Positions 1 through 12,894 are shown, counted from the stretch's first letter. The stretch is DNA of 64,000 nucleotides from Alphaproteobacteria bacterium (GCA_036394195.1 DASWFO010000335.1:3056-67055); one strand, 5' to 3'. Numbers and translations: made by a program. Notes: generated from the sequence alone by a model not told the origin.

Positions 1-57
1 GTGGGACAGGAGGAGGCCGGCCGGGCCGCCGCCGATGATCGCCACCTGGGTTCGCAC
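1..57 (-). CDS. pobA: N-terminal 19 codons of an FAD-dependent aromatic hydroxylase (4-hydroxybenzoate 3-monooxygenase-like); gene continues past the window edge
   Basis: Reverse complement reads VRTQVAIIGGGPAGLLLSH, a Rossmann GxGxxG FAD-binding N-terminus very close to PobA MKTQVAIIGAGPSGLLL. GTG start at 57..55 with AGGA upstream. Confidence 0.45.
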   Translation of the reverse strand, partial: MRTQVAIIGGGPAGLLLSH

Positions 58-336
58 CGTCCTGAGATCCTTATGCTGAGAAATCTGGGCCCGCCGCCGC
101 GACACCCGCGGTGAGTTATAGCCAAGCCCGCGGCACCTCACACCGGCCGGTCTTGGCCGGCCGGCCGCGCCCCGCCGTCCGTGTCGGCTTTTAGCCGTTT
201 TATCAATGCCATAGAATCTTCGCGGCCGGCGCCGGGACCTGGCGATGGCCGTCCTGTATGACAGGATTAGCGTTCCCTTAAATCTAGCGCCTCACAATGC
301 GGCCCGGCAGGAGGCGTCCATCGCGCTGGGAGGCTG

Positions 337-2616
<2,280 letters not shown>

Positions 2617-2655
2617 CCCGCCGGAGCGCGGGCCCGCCGGGGTCCCGCCGCTTGC

Positions 2656-2683
2656 CTTGACACCCCGGCATTTCCGCCTAGAT
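2656..2683 (+). promoter_or_regulatory. Putative sigma70-type promoter for thrS (TTGACA-16nt-TAGATT)
   Basis: CCTTGACACC at 2654-2663 and TAGATT at 2678-2683, about 45 nt upstream of the thrS start. Confidence 0.35.
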
Positions 2684-2726
2684 TGCCCCGTCCTAAACTG
2701 GTTTTTTGCAGATCCGAGCGCGTTTT

Positions 2727-4667
2727 ATGGTCGCGATCACCCTCCCTGACGGCAGCGTGAAGAGCTTCGCCGGGCCCGTCACCGGGGCCGACGTCGCGGC
2801 CGCGATCGGGCCGGGCCTCGCCAAGGCGGCTCTGGCCATGAAGCTCGACGGCAAGCTGCTCGACCTCAAGACCACGATTGACCACGACGCGAAGCTCGCC
2901 ATCGTCACCGCGAAATCGCCCGAGGCGCTGGAGCTGATCCGCCACGACGCGGCGCATGTGCTGGCCGAGGCGGTGCAGGAGCTCTATCCCGGCACCCAGA
3001 TCACGTTCGGGCCGGCGACCGAGGACGGGTTCTACTACGATTTCGTGCGCGACCAGCCGTTCACGCCCGATGACTTCGGCAAAATCGAGCAGCGCATGCG
3101 CGAGATCGTCGACCGCAACGAGGAGATCACGCGCGAGATCTGGAGCCGCGACGATGCGGCCGGCCATTTTCAGAAGCTCGGCGAGAAATACAAGGCCGAA
3201 TGGGTGCGTGAGATTCCGCCGGACGAGGAGATCTCGATCTACCGCCAGGGCAACTGGCTGGACATGTGCACCGGGCCGCATCTGCCGTCGACCGGCAAGC
3301 TGCCCAAGGCGTTCAAGCTGACGAAGCTCTCCGGCGCCTATTGGCGCGGCGATGCGCGCAACGCGCAGCTGCAACGCATCTACGGCACGGCCTGGGGCAG
3401 CGACGCCGACCTCAAGTCCTATCTCACCCGGCTCGAGGAGGCGGAGAAGCGCGACCATCGCCGCCTTGGCCGCGAAATGGATCTGTTCCACATCCAGGAA
3501 GAGGCGACCGGCTCGGTCTTCTGGCATCCCAAGGGCTGGACCTTGTGGCGCACGCTCGAGAGCTATGTCCGCCGCCGCGTCGAGGCAGCGGGCTACCAGG
3601 AGGTGAAGACGCCGCAACTGGTGGACCGCAAGCTGTGGGAGGCGTCGGGCCATTGGGAGCAGTTCAAAGACGCGATGTTCCTCGCCGTCCCGCGCGCAGA
3701 GAGCGCGAAGGAGAGCGAGGGCGACCGCGTCTATGCGATCAAGCCGATGAACTGCCCGGGTGCCGTGCAGATCTTCAAGCAGGGGCTGAAGAGCTACCGC
3801 GACCTGCCGCTGCGCCTCGCCGAGTTCGGCTCCTGCCACCGCTACGAGCCGTCCGGCGCCCTACACGGCATCATGCGGGTGCGCGCCTTTACCCAGGACG
3901 ACGCGCATATCTTCTGCACCGAAGACCAGATCATCTCCGAGAGCCGCGCGTTCTGCGATCTGCTGCTGCGCGTCTATAAGGATCTCGGCTTCACCGACAT
4001 CCGGGTGAAATTCTCCGACCGGCCGCCGCAGCGGGCCGGCAGCGACGCGACCTGGGACAAGGCCGAGAAGGCGCTGCAGGATGCGGCGTCCGCCGCCGGC
4101 CTGGAAACCACGCTCAATCCGGGCGAAGGCGCCTTCTATGGGCCGAAGCTCGAATTCGTGCTCCGCGACGCGATCGGCCGCGACTGGCAATGCGGCACCT
4201 TGCAGGTTGACCTGGTGCTGCCGGAGCGTCTCGACGCCTCATACGTCGGCGAAGACGGCCAGAAGCACCGCCCGGTGATGCTCCACCGCGCCATCCTTGG
4301 CTCATTCGAGCGCTTTATCGGCATTTTGATCGAGCACTACGCCGGCAAGCTGCCGCTGTGGCTGGCGCCCGTCCAAGGCGTCGTGGCGACCATCGTCTCC
4401 GACGCCGACGCGTATGCCGAACAGGCGGCGGCGAAGCTGCGCGCCGCGGGCTTGCGCGTCGAGACCGATCTGCGCAACGAGAAGATCGGCTACAAGGTAC
4501 GCGAGCACGCCCTCGCCAAGGTGCCGCTGCTGTTCGCGGTCGGCCGGCGCGAAGCGGGTGAGAACTCTGTGGCGCTCCGCCGCCTCGGTTCTGACGCACA
4601 AGAAACGCTTGCGCTCGACGAGGCCATCGCTAGGATCACCAAAGAGGCAGCTGTTCCCCAAGCCTAA
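2727..4667 (+). CDS. thrS: Threonine--tRNA ligase
   Basis: N-terminal TGS domain [10 protein letters not shown], class II synthetase motifs ([40 protein letters not shown]) and an anticodon-binding C-terminus. Start moved from the ORF-track ATG 2706 to ATG 2727 to match the conserved N-terminus. Confidence 0.92.
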   Translation: MVAITLPDGSVKSFAGPVTGADVAAAIGPGLAKAALAMKLDGKLLDLKTTIDHDAKLAIVTAKSPEALELIRHDAAHVLAEAVQELYPGTQITFGPATEDGFYYDFVRDQPFTPDDFGKIEQRMREIVDRNEEITREIWSRDDAAGHFQKLGEKYKAEWVREIPPDEEISIYRQGNWLDMCTGPHLPSTGKLPKAFKLTKLSGAYWRGDARNAQLQRIYGTAWGSDADLKSYLTRLEEAEKRDHRRLGREMDLFHIQEEATGSVFWHPKGWTLWRTLESYVRRRVEAAGYQEVKTPQLVDRKLWEASGHWEQFKDAMFLAVPRAESAKESEGDRVYAIKPMNCPGAVQIFKQGLKSYRDLPLRLAEFGSCHRYEPSGALHGIMRVRAFTQDDAHIFCTEDQIISESRAFCDLLLRVYKDLGFTDIRVKFSDRPPQRAGSDATWDKAEKALQDAASAAGLETTLNPGEGAFYGPKLEFVLRDAIGRDWQCGTLQVDLVLPERLDASYVGEDGQKHRPVMLHRAILGSFERFIGILIEHYAGKLPLWLAPVQGVVATIVSDADAYAEQAAAKLRAAGLRVETDLRNEKIGYKVREHALAKVPLLFAVGRREAGENSVALRRLGSDAQETLALDEAIARITKEAAVPQA

Positions 4668-4755
4668 AATTTAACCGACCGGCCTTCCGGGAACCCCGCG
4701 GTGTATATCAGGGCCGTCGGGGCAGGGATGGCCGGGAAGAGAAGGAGAAGCATCG

Positions 4756-5292
4756 ATCGCTCGTTTTTCGACTGAATCCGCGCCGTCCAAGGATGGGCCG
4801 CGCGTCAACGACCAGATTGAATCCCCGAAGATCCGTCTCGTCGACGGCCGGGGGGAAATGGTCGGCGTAGTCGGCCTGCACGAGGGCCTGCAACGGGCCT
4901 ACGAAGCGGGTCTCGACTTGGTGGAAGTCTCGCCCAACGCCGACCCGCCCGTCTGCAAACTGCTCGATCTCGGCAAGTACAAATACGAGCTTCAGAAGAA
5001 GGCCAACGAGGCCCGCAAGAAGCAGAAGGTCATCGAGATCAAGGAAATCAAGCTGCGCCCGGGCATCGACGACCACGATTACGAGGTCAAGCGAAAGGCC
5101 ATGATCCGCTTCCTCGAGGAAGGCGACAAGGTCAAGGTCACCCTGCGCTTCCGCGGCCGCGAGATGGTGCACCAGGAGCTCGGCGTCGCTCTGCTCGACC
5201 GGGTGAAATCCGACCTCGGCGAGCTCGCCAAGGTCGAGGCGCATCCACGCATGGAAGGCCGCCAGATGACGATGGTTATGGCGCCCAAGTGA
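4756..5292 (+). CDS. infC: Translation initiation factor IF-3, probable non-AUG (ATC) start
   Basis: The annotated ATG ORF (4858..5292, 144 aa) lacks the conserved IF-3 N-domain. The frame is open from 4672 and encodes [39 protein letters not shown], the IF-3 N-terminus. An in-frame ATC at 4756 lies 8 nt after GAAGGAGAAG and gives 178 aa, the normal IF-3 length. IF-3 genes classically use AUU/AUC starts. Confidence 0.75.
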   Translation: MARFSTESAPSKDGPRVNDQIESPKIRLVDGRGEMVGVVGLHEGLQRAYEAGLDLVEVSPNADPPVCKLLDLGKYKYELQKKANEARKKQKVIEIKEIKLRPGIDDHDYEVKRKAMIRFLEEGDKVKVTLRFRGREMVHQELGVALLDRVKSDLGELAKVEAHPRMEGRQMTMVMAPK

Positions 5293-5304
5293 ACTTGGGC
5301 GCCG

Positions 5305-5358
5305 TTGGGGAAGCTTCCGCTTCCCCAAACCCCATGGGGTGATGGCCCTTTTTTAGAA
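5305..5358. terminator. Hairpin (GGGGAAGC-TTCC-GCTTCCCC) followed by a T6 run, between convergent infC and the small minus-strand gene; possible bidirectional terminator
   Basis: Inverted repeat ggggaagcttccgcttcccc followed by ggcccttttttag in the 73-bp convergent gap. Confidence 0.35.
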
Positions 5359-5365
5359 CTAGAGC

Positions 5366-5656
5366 CTATCTCCGCTCGCGCAGCACGCCCGCTTGTGGGC
5401 CCAGTCCTTCGCGATCCCAACGCCGCACCTCGGCCGGCGTCCCAGGGCGACAATAGGCGAACGTCGTCCACCGATTGTCGCTCTCCCTGCCGGCGTAGCC
5501 CTCATAGACCGGCGGCGGATTGAACACGACCAGGGCCTGCTTTGCATTCTCGCAAGCAAGCTGCGAATAGTAGCCGGCTTCGCTGCTGACCGTGCAGCCG
5601 TTCCTGGCCGAAAGACCGGCGCAGACGACGAGGACGAACAGGTCGGTCGCCATCAT
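5366..5656 (-). CDS. Small secreted/periplasmic Cys-containing protein of unknown function (96 aa) with N-terminal signal peptide
   Basis: ATGATG start preceded by AGGAGA RBS. N-terminus MMATDLFVLVVCAGLSA is hydrophobic. Only the last 96 codons of the 208-aa ORF-track call are supported. Confidence 0.5.
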   Translation of the reverse strand: MMATDLFVLVVCAGLSARNGCTVSSEAGYYSQLACENAKQALVVFNPPPVYEGYAGRESDNRWTTFAYCRPGTPAEVRRWDREGLGPQAGVLRERR

Positions 5657-5670
5657 GGATCTCCTGTCAT

Positions 5671-7104
5671 TTAGCTCGCCCGTGCGACGCTTGCCGTCGG
5701 CTGCTTCTCCGTGAGCAAGCGGGCGGCGGCGTCTTCCACCACCGTGCCCCGGAAGTAGTCCGGGTTCATCGAGAGATGCATCATTGCGGGGTTGACGAAG
5801 ACGAGGTCGCGGAAATTCTCCTCGTCGATCAGCTTGGCACGCACCAGGTTCCACGCCTCGGTCAGGACGCTGGTTGCGTCCAGCACGTCCCAATGGCCGA
5901 TATCGGAGCCGAAGACCGGCTTCAAGGTGGCGCCCAGCGGGTTCAGGCGGCGGTTGAAGGCCACGGCGAGCATCCGGTCGTCCGCCTCGCAACCGAAATA
6001 GAACGGATCGACGAACAGCTGGCGCAGCTGGTTCAGGTCGGTGAGCGCGCAGGCGGCGAACTCGTTGAAGGGGTCCGGCCGGTCGATCATCAGCGTGCCG
6101 TGCGGGTTGGCGCGGATGCGCTCAGGCGTCAGCCGCGCGTTGCCAAACTCGCCGAACAGCCGCCCGAGCAGGTCGACGTCGAGCAGCGCCGGGTTCAGGT
6201 TGCGCTCCATCGCCTCGGGGTTGCGCTTTTCCCAGTGCTCGACGATGTCGTTGAGGAGCGTCATCGCCCAGGCGACGCCGCCCTCGAGGAAGCCGAAGCT
6301 CAAGCCGGGAAAGCGCCGTGTCACGCCGCTGAAGATCAGCGACCGGCAGAAGAACTCGGCGCCGCCCGCGAAGTCGCCGAGATGGTTGAAGACATAATTG
6401 CTGGGCGAGGCGCGATAGCCGATGCCGCGCGACGACGTATGGCAGACCGGCGTCACCTTGAGCTCGATGCATTTCCGCCAGAACGGGTCGTAGTCGTGCG
6501 GCGAATCCATCACGATCGAGCGCGTCGACTGCGTCGGCTGGAGGAACGGGTCCTTGCCGGTCACCGGCCGCCCCGGGCCGCGCAGCTCGGTGCCGATCAT
6601 GACCGCCTTGTGGCCGAGCTCCTTAACCGCGAACTCGAGCTCGGCGATCGCCTCCTCCGGCGTGTAGGTCGGAATCACCGCCACCGGCCGCAGCCGGTCC
6701 CGCACATCGGCGAACATCTCGGCATACAGCATGTTGAGGGCCCGGCAGCTCGTCCGCCGCGCCTCTTCGTCGGGGATGTACAGGTGGCTGAGACCGCGCG
6801 TCGTGTAGCAATGCGCGAAATCGATCCCCACCTCGTCCAGGCGCGAGTGGAAATAGCGCGGCAGCTGCGCCATCGCGCGGTCGGCGGTGTGCGCGCCCGA
6901 CGGCAGTCCCCACCAGAAGCCGCGGACCGTCGGCCCGTGATGGGCCCGCAGGGCGCTCACCCGCTTGGCGACGTCCTCGCCGGCGAGCTGGCGGACGAAA
7001 TCCTGATGCGCGAAGTCGCATTCGACCACATGCGCGTCGGCGTCGATGACCGGGTGGTCGAGCTTGGCGCGGACATCGCGCCCGGGGAACCCCTCGATGG
7101 ACAT
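5671..7104 (-). CDS. Amidohydrolase-2 (metal-dependent hydrolase/decarboxylase, PF04909-like) family protein
   Basis: 477-aa ORF with N-terminal DHPVIDADAHVVE metal-binding signature typical of amidohydrolase_2 / ACMSD-LigJ-like enzymes. Confidence 0.7.
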   Translation of the reverse strand: MSIEGFPGRDVRAKLDHPVIDADAHVVECDFAHQDFVRQLAGEDVAKRVSALRAHHGPTVRGFWWGLPSGAHTADRAMAQLPRYFHSRLDEVGIDFAHCYTTRGLSHLYIPDEEARRTSCRALNMLYAEMFADVRDRLRPVAVIPTYTPEEAIAELEFAVKELGHKAVMIGTELRGPGRPVTGKDPFLQPTQSTRSIVMDSPHDYDPFWRKCIELKVTPVCHTSSRGIGYRASPSNYVFNHLGDFAGGAEFFCRSLIFSGVTRRFPGLSFGFLEGGVAWAMTLLNDIVEHWEKRNPEAMERNLNPALLDVDLLGRLFGEFGNARLTPERIRANPHGTLMIDRPDPFNEFAACALTDLNQLRQLFVDPFYFGCEADDRMLAVAFNRRLNPLGATLKPVFGSDIGHWDVLDATSVLTEAWNLVRAKLIDEENFRDLVFVNPAMMHLSMNPDYFRGTVVEDAAARLLTEKQPTASVARAS

Positions 7105-7424
7105 GGCCGCTACCTCCCTAAACTCTCGTCGTTGGGTTAATTTGACCCTGTTCGGTCCGATCAGGGCAATGGCAACTTCGTAATCCGGCTGGAGGCGGCA
7201 GGGCGCGGTGCATAACCGACTGTCCTAGCGATGGAATTCCCGTTTGCCGGCGAGCTGTCGGCGCCCCTTTCGCCTTGCGCCAAAGCGCCTAAGCCGCTAT
7301 AACCCCGCGCCTTAACGAGCGGCCACGGCCGGACGTCGCTTTTGCGACAGTCCAGGGCATGCCCAACCGCTCCGTCGGTCCGGCACTCCGGTGCCTTGGG
7401 GCCACCCACGAAAAGGAGATCAAA

Positions 7425-7622
7425 ATGCCCAAGATGAAGACCAAGTCGGGCGCCAAGAAGCGATTCAAGGTGACCGGCACCGGCAAGGTGCTCGCGGCCT
7501 ATGGCGGCAAGCGCCACAATCTGCGGAAGCGTTCTCAGAAGATGAAGCGCGGCGCGCGCGGCACCAAGGTGCTGGCCGAGGGCCAGGCCAATAAAGTGCT
7601 GAAGCACTTCTTCCACATCTGA
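7425..7622 (+). CDS. rpmI: 50S ribosomal protein L35
   Basis: [21 protein letters not shown], a canonical L35 sequence. AAAGGAGA RBS 7 nt upstream. The longer ORF-track N-extension is not supported. Confidence 0.93.
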   Translation: MPKMKTKSGAKKRFKVTGTGKVLAAYGGKRHNLRKRSQKMKRGARGTKVLAEGQANKVLKHFFHI

Positions 7623-7646
7623 CCGCCCAGAGAACGGAGAGCCGCC

Positions 7647-8015
7647 ATGGCACGCGTCAAACGGGGTGTGACCGCTCACGCCCGCCACAAGAAGATCGTC
7701 GACAGCGCCTCGGGCTATGTCGGGCGGTCGGGCAGCACCTTCCGCCCGGCGCTGGAGCGCGTCGAGAAGGCGCTGCGCTACGCCTACCGCGACCGGCGCG
7801 CCAAGAAGCGCGATTTCCGCGCGCTGTGGATCCAGCGCATCAACGCCGGCGCAAGAGAGCAGGGGCTGACCTACGCCAGGCTGATCAACGGCATCAAGAA
7901 GGCCGGTATCCAGGTCGACCGCAAGATCCTGGCGGAGATCGCGATGAGTGATCCCGACGGCTTTAAAGCGCTGGTCGCCCAGGCCAAGGCCGCCCTGAGC
8001 CTGCCCCGGACTTGA
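7647..8015 (+). CDS. rplT: 50S ribosomal protein L20
   Basis: [17 protein letters not shown]...[23 protein letters not shown] is canonical L20. 24 nt after rpmI. Confidence 0.95.
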   Translation: MARVKRGVTAHARHKKIVDSASGYVGRSGSTFRPALERVEKALRYAYRDRRAKKRDFRALWIQRINAGAREQGLTYARLINGIKKAGIQVDRKILAEIAMSDPDGFKALVAQAKAALSLPRT

Positions 8016-8084
8016 TCCGGGCGCGCGCGCTGACCGCCCGCGCCGTCTCTCAAGGTGAAAGGGGGCCTGGCCGTCAGCCCTCTT

Positions 8085-8170
8085 CCGTCATGCCCGCGGA
8101 AGCGGGCATCCAGGCGTCCCAAGCGTCGCGTATTGGGCTTCTGGACTCCCGCTTTCGCGGGAGTGACGAG
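8085..8170. repeat. REP-like intergenic element with two palindromic hairpins (ATGCCCGCGGAAGCGGGCAT and CTCCCGCTTTCGCGGGAG)
   Basis: Perfect inverted repeats in the rplT-pheS spacer. They belong to the short palindromic repeat family typical of Bradyrhizobiaceae genomes and produce the spurious peptide VMPAEAGIQ...SRFRGSDE in the ORF track. Confidence 0.6.
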
Positions 8171-8185
8171 GATGAAATCGAGCCG

Positions 8186-9268
8186 ATGAACGCCGATCTT
8201 CAAACACTCCTGGCCGAAGCTACCACCGCGCTCGACGGTGCCGCGACCTCGCAGGCGCTGGACGCGGTGCGCGTCGAATGGCTCGGCAAGAGCGGCAAGG
8301 TCACCGAGCTGCTCAAGGGCCTCGGCAAGCTGCCGCCGGAGCAGCGCAAGGACCGCGGCCAGGCGCTGAATCAGCTGAAGACCGGCGTCGAAAGCCGCGT
8401 CCAGGCGCGGTTGGAGAAGATCCGCGAGGCCGAGCTCGACGCCAAGCTCGTCGCCGAGCGCGTCGACGTCACCCTGCCGGCGCGCCCCACCCCGGACGGC
8501 CGCATCCATCCGATCAGCCAGACCATCGACGAGATCGTGGCGATCTTCGGCGACATGGGATTCGTCGTCGCCGAAGGGCCGGACATCGAGGACGATTTCT
8601 ACAACTTCACGGCGCTCAACATCCCGCCCGAGCATCCGGCGCGCCAGACGCACGACACGTTCTATCTGAAGGGCGGCGAGCCCGGCCGCGACGCCAAGGT
8701 GCTGCGCACCCACACCTCGCCGGTGCAGATCCGCACCATGCAGGCGCAGAAGCCGCCGATCCGCATCATCGTCCCCGGCCGCACCTACCGCAGCGACCAC
8801 GACGCCACGCACTCGCCGAATTTCCATCAGGTCGAGGGCCTGGTCATCGACAAGGCGACTCACATGGGCCACCTGAAGGGTTGCCTGATCGATTTCGCGC
8901 GCGCCTTCTTCGAGATCCCCGACCTGCCGCTGCGCTTTCGGCCCAGCCATTTCCCGTTCACCGAGCCGTCGGCCGAGGTCGATATCGGCTGCTCGCGCGC
9001 CGGCGGCGAGCTCAAGATCGGCAATTTCGGCGACTGGCTCGAGGTGCTCGGCTGCGGGATGGTCCATCCCAACGTGCTGCAGAATGCCGGCGTCGATCCC
9101 GCCGAGTACCAGGGCTTCGCCTTCGGCATGGGCATCGAGCGCATGGCGATGCTGAAATACGGCATCCCCGATCTGCGGACCTTCTACGAGGCGGATCTGC
9201 GCTGGCTGCGCCATTACGGCTTCCTGCCGGTCGACGTGCCCTCGACCACCGGGGGCCTGGCGCGATGA
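8186..9268 (+). CDS. pheS: Phenylalanine--tRNA ligase alpha subunit
   Basis: [12 protein letters not shown]... with class II catalytic core ([38 protein letters not shown]). 360 aa. The ORF-track N-extension is translated REP sequence. Confidence 0.92.
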   Translation: MNADLQTLLAEATTALDGAATSQALDAVRVEWLGKSGKVTELLKGLGKLPPEQRKDRGQALNQLKTGVESRVQARLEKIREAELDAKLVAERVDVTLPARPTPDGRIHPISQTIDEIVAIFGDMGFVVAEGPDIEDDFYNFTALNIPPEHPARQTHDTFYLKGGEPGRDAKVLRTHTSPVQIRTMQAQKPPIRIIVPGRTYRSDHDATHSPNFHQVEGLVIDKATHMGHLKGCLIDFARAFFEIPDLPLRFRPSHFPFTEPSAEVDIGCSRAGGELKIGNFGDWLEVLGCGMVHPNVLQNAGVDPAEYQGFAFGMGIERMAMLKYGIPDLRTFYEADLRWLRHYGFLPVDVPSTTGGLAR

Positions 9269-11685
9269 AGTTCACCCTCGGCTGGCTCCGAAGGCACATC
9301 GAGACGACGGCGTCGCTCCAGGAGATCGCCGACAAGCTGACCGCGATCGGGCTCGAGCTCGAATCGATCGAAGACCGCGCCGAGAAGCTGAAGCCGTTCA
9401 TCGTCGGCTATGTGGTCGAGGCGCGGCAGCATCCCGATGCCGACCGCCTGCGCGTCTGCATCGTCGACACCGGCACGGAGAAGCTGCAGGTCGTGTGCGG
9501 CGCGCCCAACGCGCGCACCGGCATGAAGGGCGTGTTCGCCCGCGCCGGTACGGTGATCCCCGGCACCGGCCTCGAGCTCAAGAAGGGCGTCATCCGCGGC
9601 CAGGACTCCAACGGCATGCTGTGCTCGGCGCGCGAGATGGGGCTCGGCGACGACCATGCCGGCATCATCGACCTGCCGGCGGACGCGCCGGTTGGCAAGC
9701 CGTTCGCGCAGGTGATGGGCCTCGACGATCCCGTCATCGATGTCGCGATCACGCCCAACCGCGCCGACTGCCTCGGCGTGCGCGGTATCGCACGCGACCT
9801 GGCCGCCGCTGGGCTCGGCGCCCTGGCGCCGCGCAAGATCGAGCCGGTGCCCGGCCGGTTCAAGAGCCCGATCGGCGTCTCGTTCGACTTTCCGCCCGCC
9901 GCCGCCAATGCCTGTCCGTATTTCGTCGGCCGCCTGATTCGCGGTGTGAAGAACGGGCCCAGCCCGAAATGGCTGCAGGACCGGCTCACCGCCGTGGGCC
10001 TCCGGCCGATTTCGGCGCTGGTCGACGTGACGAACTTCTTCACCCTCGACGTCAACCGGCCGCTGCACGTGTTCGACGCCAAGAAAGTCGCCGGCAACCT
10101 TGTCGTGCGCATGGCCAAGCCGGGCGAGACGATCAAGGCGCTGAACGGCAAGGACTACACGCTGACCGGCAGCGAAACGGTCATCGCCGACAACAACGGC
10201 GTCGAATCGCTGGGTGGGGTGATCGGCGGCGAGCAGACCGGCTGCACGGAAGCCACCACCGACGTGTTCGTCGAAGCCGCGCTCTTCGATCCGATCCGCA
10301 CCGCCGCCACCGGGCGCAAGCACGACATCCAGTCGGACGCCCGCTACCGCTTCGAGCGCGGCCTCGATCCGGCCGCCGTCGTCGAGGGCATGGAAGCGGC
10401 GACGCGGATGATTCTCGAGGTCTGCGGCGGCGAGCCCAGCGAGCTCGTCGTCACCGGCAAGCCGCCGGAGTGGAAGCGGAGCTATCGGCTGCGGTTCGAG
10501 CGGCTGCATGGCCTGGGTGGGCTTCGGATCGCCCCCCGCGAAGCGCTCAAGATCCTCGAAAGCCTCGGTTTTGCGTGCGAAATGGACGGCGACGGCGCCA
10601 CGGTCGTACCGCCGTCGTGGCGCGGCGATATCCACGGTGAAGCCGATCTCATCGAAGAGGTCGCGCGGATCCACGGCTACGACAACATCGAGGCCGTCTC
10701 GATGGTGCGCGACGGTGCCGTCGCCCGGCCGGCGCTGACACCGCAGCAGCGGCGCGTGCGCGATGCAAAGCGGACCCTCGCCGGCCTCGGCCTGGTCGAG
10801 GCGGTGACGTTCTCGTTCATGGCCAACGACCAGGCTGGCTTGTTCGGCGGTACCAAGGAGGCGCTGCTGCTCGCCAACCCGATCAGCGCCGATCTCGACA
10901 TGATGCGCCCGTCGATCCTCCCGAACCTGGTGCTGGCGGCCAAGCACAACGCCGACCGCGGCATTGCCGACGCAGCGCTGTTCGAAGTCGGTCCCCAGTT
11001 TGAGTCCCCTGAGCCGAACGGCCAGCGCATCGTCGCCGCCGGCATCCGCTCCGGCCAGACCGGTCCGCGCCATTGGGCGGCATCGCCGCGGCCCGTCGAC
11101 GCGTTCGATGCCAAGGCCGATGCGCTCGCCGTGCTGACCGCCCTGGGGCTCGCGACCGACAACGTCCAGGTCACGGCCGAAGCGCCGGCCTGGTATCACC
11201 CTGGCCGGTCCGGGGCCTTGAAGCTTGGGCCGAAGACCGTGCTCGCCTATTTCGGTGAGCTGCATCCGGGCACCTTGCGCAAGCTGGACGCCGAAGGCCC
11301 CATCGCCGCGTTCGAGCTGTTCCTCGACGCGCTGCCAGCACCCAAGGCCAAGGCCTCGAAGGCGCGGCCGCCGCTGCGCCTGTCGCCGTTCCAGCCGGTC
11401 GAGCGCGACTTCGCCTTCGTGCTCGACGCCACTGTCGAGGCGGCCAAGGTCATCGCCGCCGTGAAGGCCGTGGGCAAGGACCTCGTTGCCGGTGCCGCGA
11501 TCGCGTCGGTGTCGATGTTCGACGTCTACCAGGGCAAGGGCGTGCCCGAGGGCAAGAAGTCGCTCGCCATCTCGGTGAGGCTCCAGCCGAAGGACCGCAC
11601 CCTCACCGATGCCGAGATCGACGCCGTCGGCCAGCGTCTCGTCGCCGCGGTCGCGAAAGCGACGGGGGCCGTGCTGCGGAGCTAG
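9265..11685 (+). CDS. pheT: Phenylalanine--tRNA ligase beta subunit
   Basis: [26 protein letters not shown]..., 806 aa, with tRNA-binding, B3/B4, B5 and FDX-ACB regions recognisable. ATGA overlap with the pheS stop. Confidence 0.92.
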   Translation: MKFTLGWLRRHIETTASLQEIADKLTAIGLELESIEDRAEKLKPFIVGYVVEARQHPDADRLRVCIVDTGTEKLQVVCGAPNARTGMKGVFARAGTVIPGTGLELKKGVIRGQDSNGMLCSAREMGLGDDHAGIIDLPADAPVGKPFAQVMGLDDPVIDVAITPNRADCLGVRGIARDLAAAGLGALAPRKIEPVPGRFKSPIGVSFDFPPAAANACPYFVGRLIRGVKNGPSPKWLQDRLTAVGLRPISALVDVTNFFTLDVNRPLHVFDAKKVAGNLVVRMAKPGETIKALNGKDYTLTGSETVIADNNGVESLGGVIGGEQTGCTEATTDVFVEAALFDPIRTAATGRKHDIQSDARYRFERGLDPAAVVEGMEAATRMILEVCGGEPSELVVTGKPPEWKRSYRLRFERLHGLGGLRIAPREALKILESLGFACEMDGDGATVVPPSWRGDIHGEADLIEEVARIHGYDNIEAVSMVRDGAVARPALTPQQRRVRDAKRTLAGLGLVEAVTFSFMANDQAGLFGGTKEALLLANPISADLDMMRPSILPNLVLAAKHNADRGIADAALFEVGPQFESPEPNGQRIVAAGIRSGQTGPRHWAASPRPVDAFDAKADALAVLTALGLATDNVQVTAEAPAWYHPGRSGALKLGPKTVLAYFGELHPGTLRKLDAEGPIAAFELFLDALPAPKAKASKARPPLRLSPFQPVERDFAFVLDATVEAAKVIAAVKAVGKDLVAGAAIASVSMFDVYQGKGVPEGKKSLAISVRLQPKDRTLTDAEIDAVGQRLVAAVAKATGAVLRS

Positions 11686-11698
11686 GCGCAGGCCGTCG

Positions 11699-11986
11699 CT
11701 AGCGCAGATAGACCCAGCTCAGTTGTCGCCGGCATTCGGCTTCGTTTCCGGACGCCGCCGCGGCTGCGGCAAGGTAGATGTGAACCTTTGCGATCTCGCG
11801 TGCGGCAGTCGCATCGTCCGACCCACCCTGGATGCGCAACCGCGCATCGTCGTTGGCGCGAGCGGCCGCCGCGGTGCAAGTCTCCGGCGAGTGGGTTTGC
11901 TGGGCGCAGGCGGCGAGAGCCCCCGCCGCTGAAGCCGCAACCGCAAGGAACGTGACGATCCGGCGCCGCCTCTCACCGTACGTCAT
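11699..11986 (-). CDS. Small exported Cys-containing protein of unknown function (95 aa)
   Basis: ATG at 11986 with GGAGATG RBS. MTYGERRRRIVTFLAVAASAAGALAACAQQ signal-peptide-like N-terminus. The upstream part of the ORF-track call is not supported. Confidence 0.45.
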   Translation of the reverse strand: MTYGERRRRIVTFLAVAASAAGALAACAQQTHSPETCTAAAARANDDARLRIQGGSDDATAAREIAKVHIYLAAAAAASGNEAECRRQLSWVYLR

Positions 11987-12296
11987 CACATCTCCGTGCC
12001 GGCCGATCCCCGCGACGATGCCGCATATGATACCCTGTATGGGCTGGCGCCACGCGGCCGCCTTGGTCCGCCTTTCCGATTTGCGCAGCGCTAACGCCAG
12101 CGCTCTAACCGGCCTGGAGCGCGATGATGTGATGGTCGCGTCCTCGGCGGCCTGCGGGCAGAGTCGCCGGCAACGCCACGACAAGCCGCCGAACAGACAG
12201 AGCCTCTTTGAGCATGCCTGATCGCCACCGCCGCGGCTGCGGCGGGTTTCCGGCGTTGCGCTCAGGAGCTAGCGCCGCCCCGCGGCGGAAGCGCCT

Positions 12297-12728
12297 TCAG
12301 GCGTGGCCGTGGATTTCCCTGTCGCGCGACCGAAAGGCGCGCTGGATCGTGTAGGCCCCGGCGCCGAACGCCGCCACGTAGAGGAATCCGCCCGCTATGG
12401 CGAGATTCTTCATGAAGTGGATTTGCATGTTGTGGTCGGCGAAGTTCGTATGCGCGACCACGGCCGTGGCAACGCACCACGCCGCCATGACCAGGCCGAC
12501 GATGCGGGCCTGGAATCCCAGCAACAGCGCCAAGCCGCCGCCTAGCTCCACCACGACGGAGATGAGCCATGCGACTTGCGGCAGCGGCAGCCCATAGGTG
12601 GCGTAGTAGGTGATGGTCGCCGTCGGGGCGACCAGCTTGGCATAGCCGGCCCAGATAAAAATGAGTGACATGAGCACGCGTCCGGCCAGGGCGCCGAGGT
12701 CACGTTGGGTATCGACGTATTGCGGCAT
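12297..12728 (-). CDS. DoxX family membrane protein
   Basis: 143 aa, four hydrophobic helices, DoxX-like sequence (LMSLIFIWAGYAKL...ELGGGLALLLGF). AAGGAGAG RBS before ATG 12728. Confidence 0.75.
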   Translation of the reverse strand: MPQYVDTQRDLGALAGRVLMSLIFIWAGYAKLVAPTATITYYATYGLPLPQVAWLISVVVELGGGLALLLGFQARIVGLVMAAWCVATAVVAHTNFADHNMQIHFMKNLAIAGGFLYVAAFGAGAYTIQRAFRSRDREIHGHA

Positions 12729-12894
12729 GGGCCTCTCCTTTCCGCTTCGGCTGTCAATGCGGTCAATCGCCGTGTGGTGCCATTTGTTCCGGTCCAACCA
12801 TCGACTCCGGCCGGCCAACCAGTCACAATTTCGCGTGATGTGAATGCTGTTCGGCGCAAGGGCCATCGGCAACAATGTGGAAGGGGAGGTCCGC

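Noticed and set aside
4708-5328. 206-aa minus-strand ORF opposite infC
   Set aside because: Fully antisense to the conserved infC frame.
5776-7140. 454-aa plus-strand ORF opposite the amidohydrolase gene
   Set aside because: The amidohydrolase frame carries the recognisable DHPVIDADAHVVE signature. This frame is Arg/Ala-rich junk.
8012-8185. N-terminal extension of pheS (ORF track starts at 8012)
   Set aside because: The extension is a translated REP palindrome (VMPAEAGIQ...RFRGSDE). Conserved PheS begins at MNADLQ.
7871-11265. Long minus-strand ORFs (447 aa and 683 aa) across rplT/pheS/pheT
   Set aside because: Antisense to universally conserved genes.
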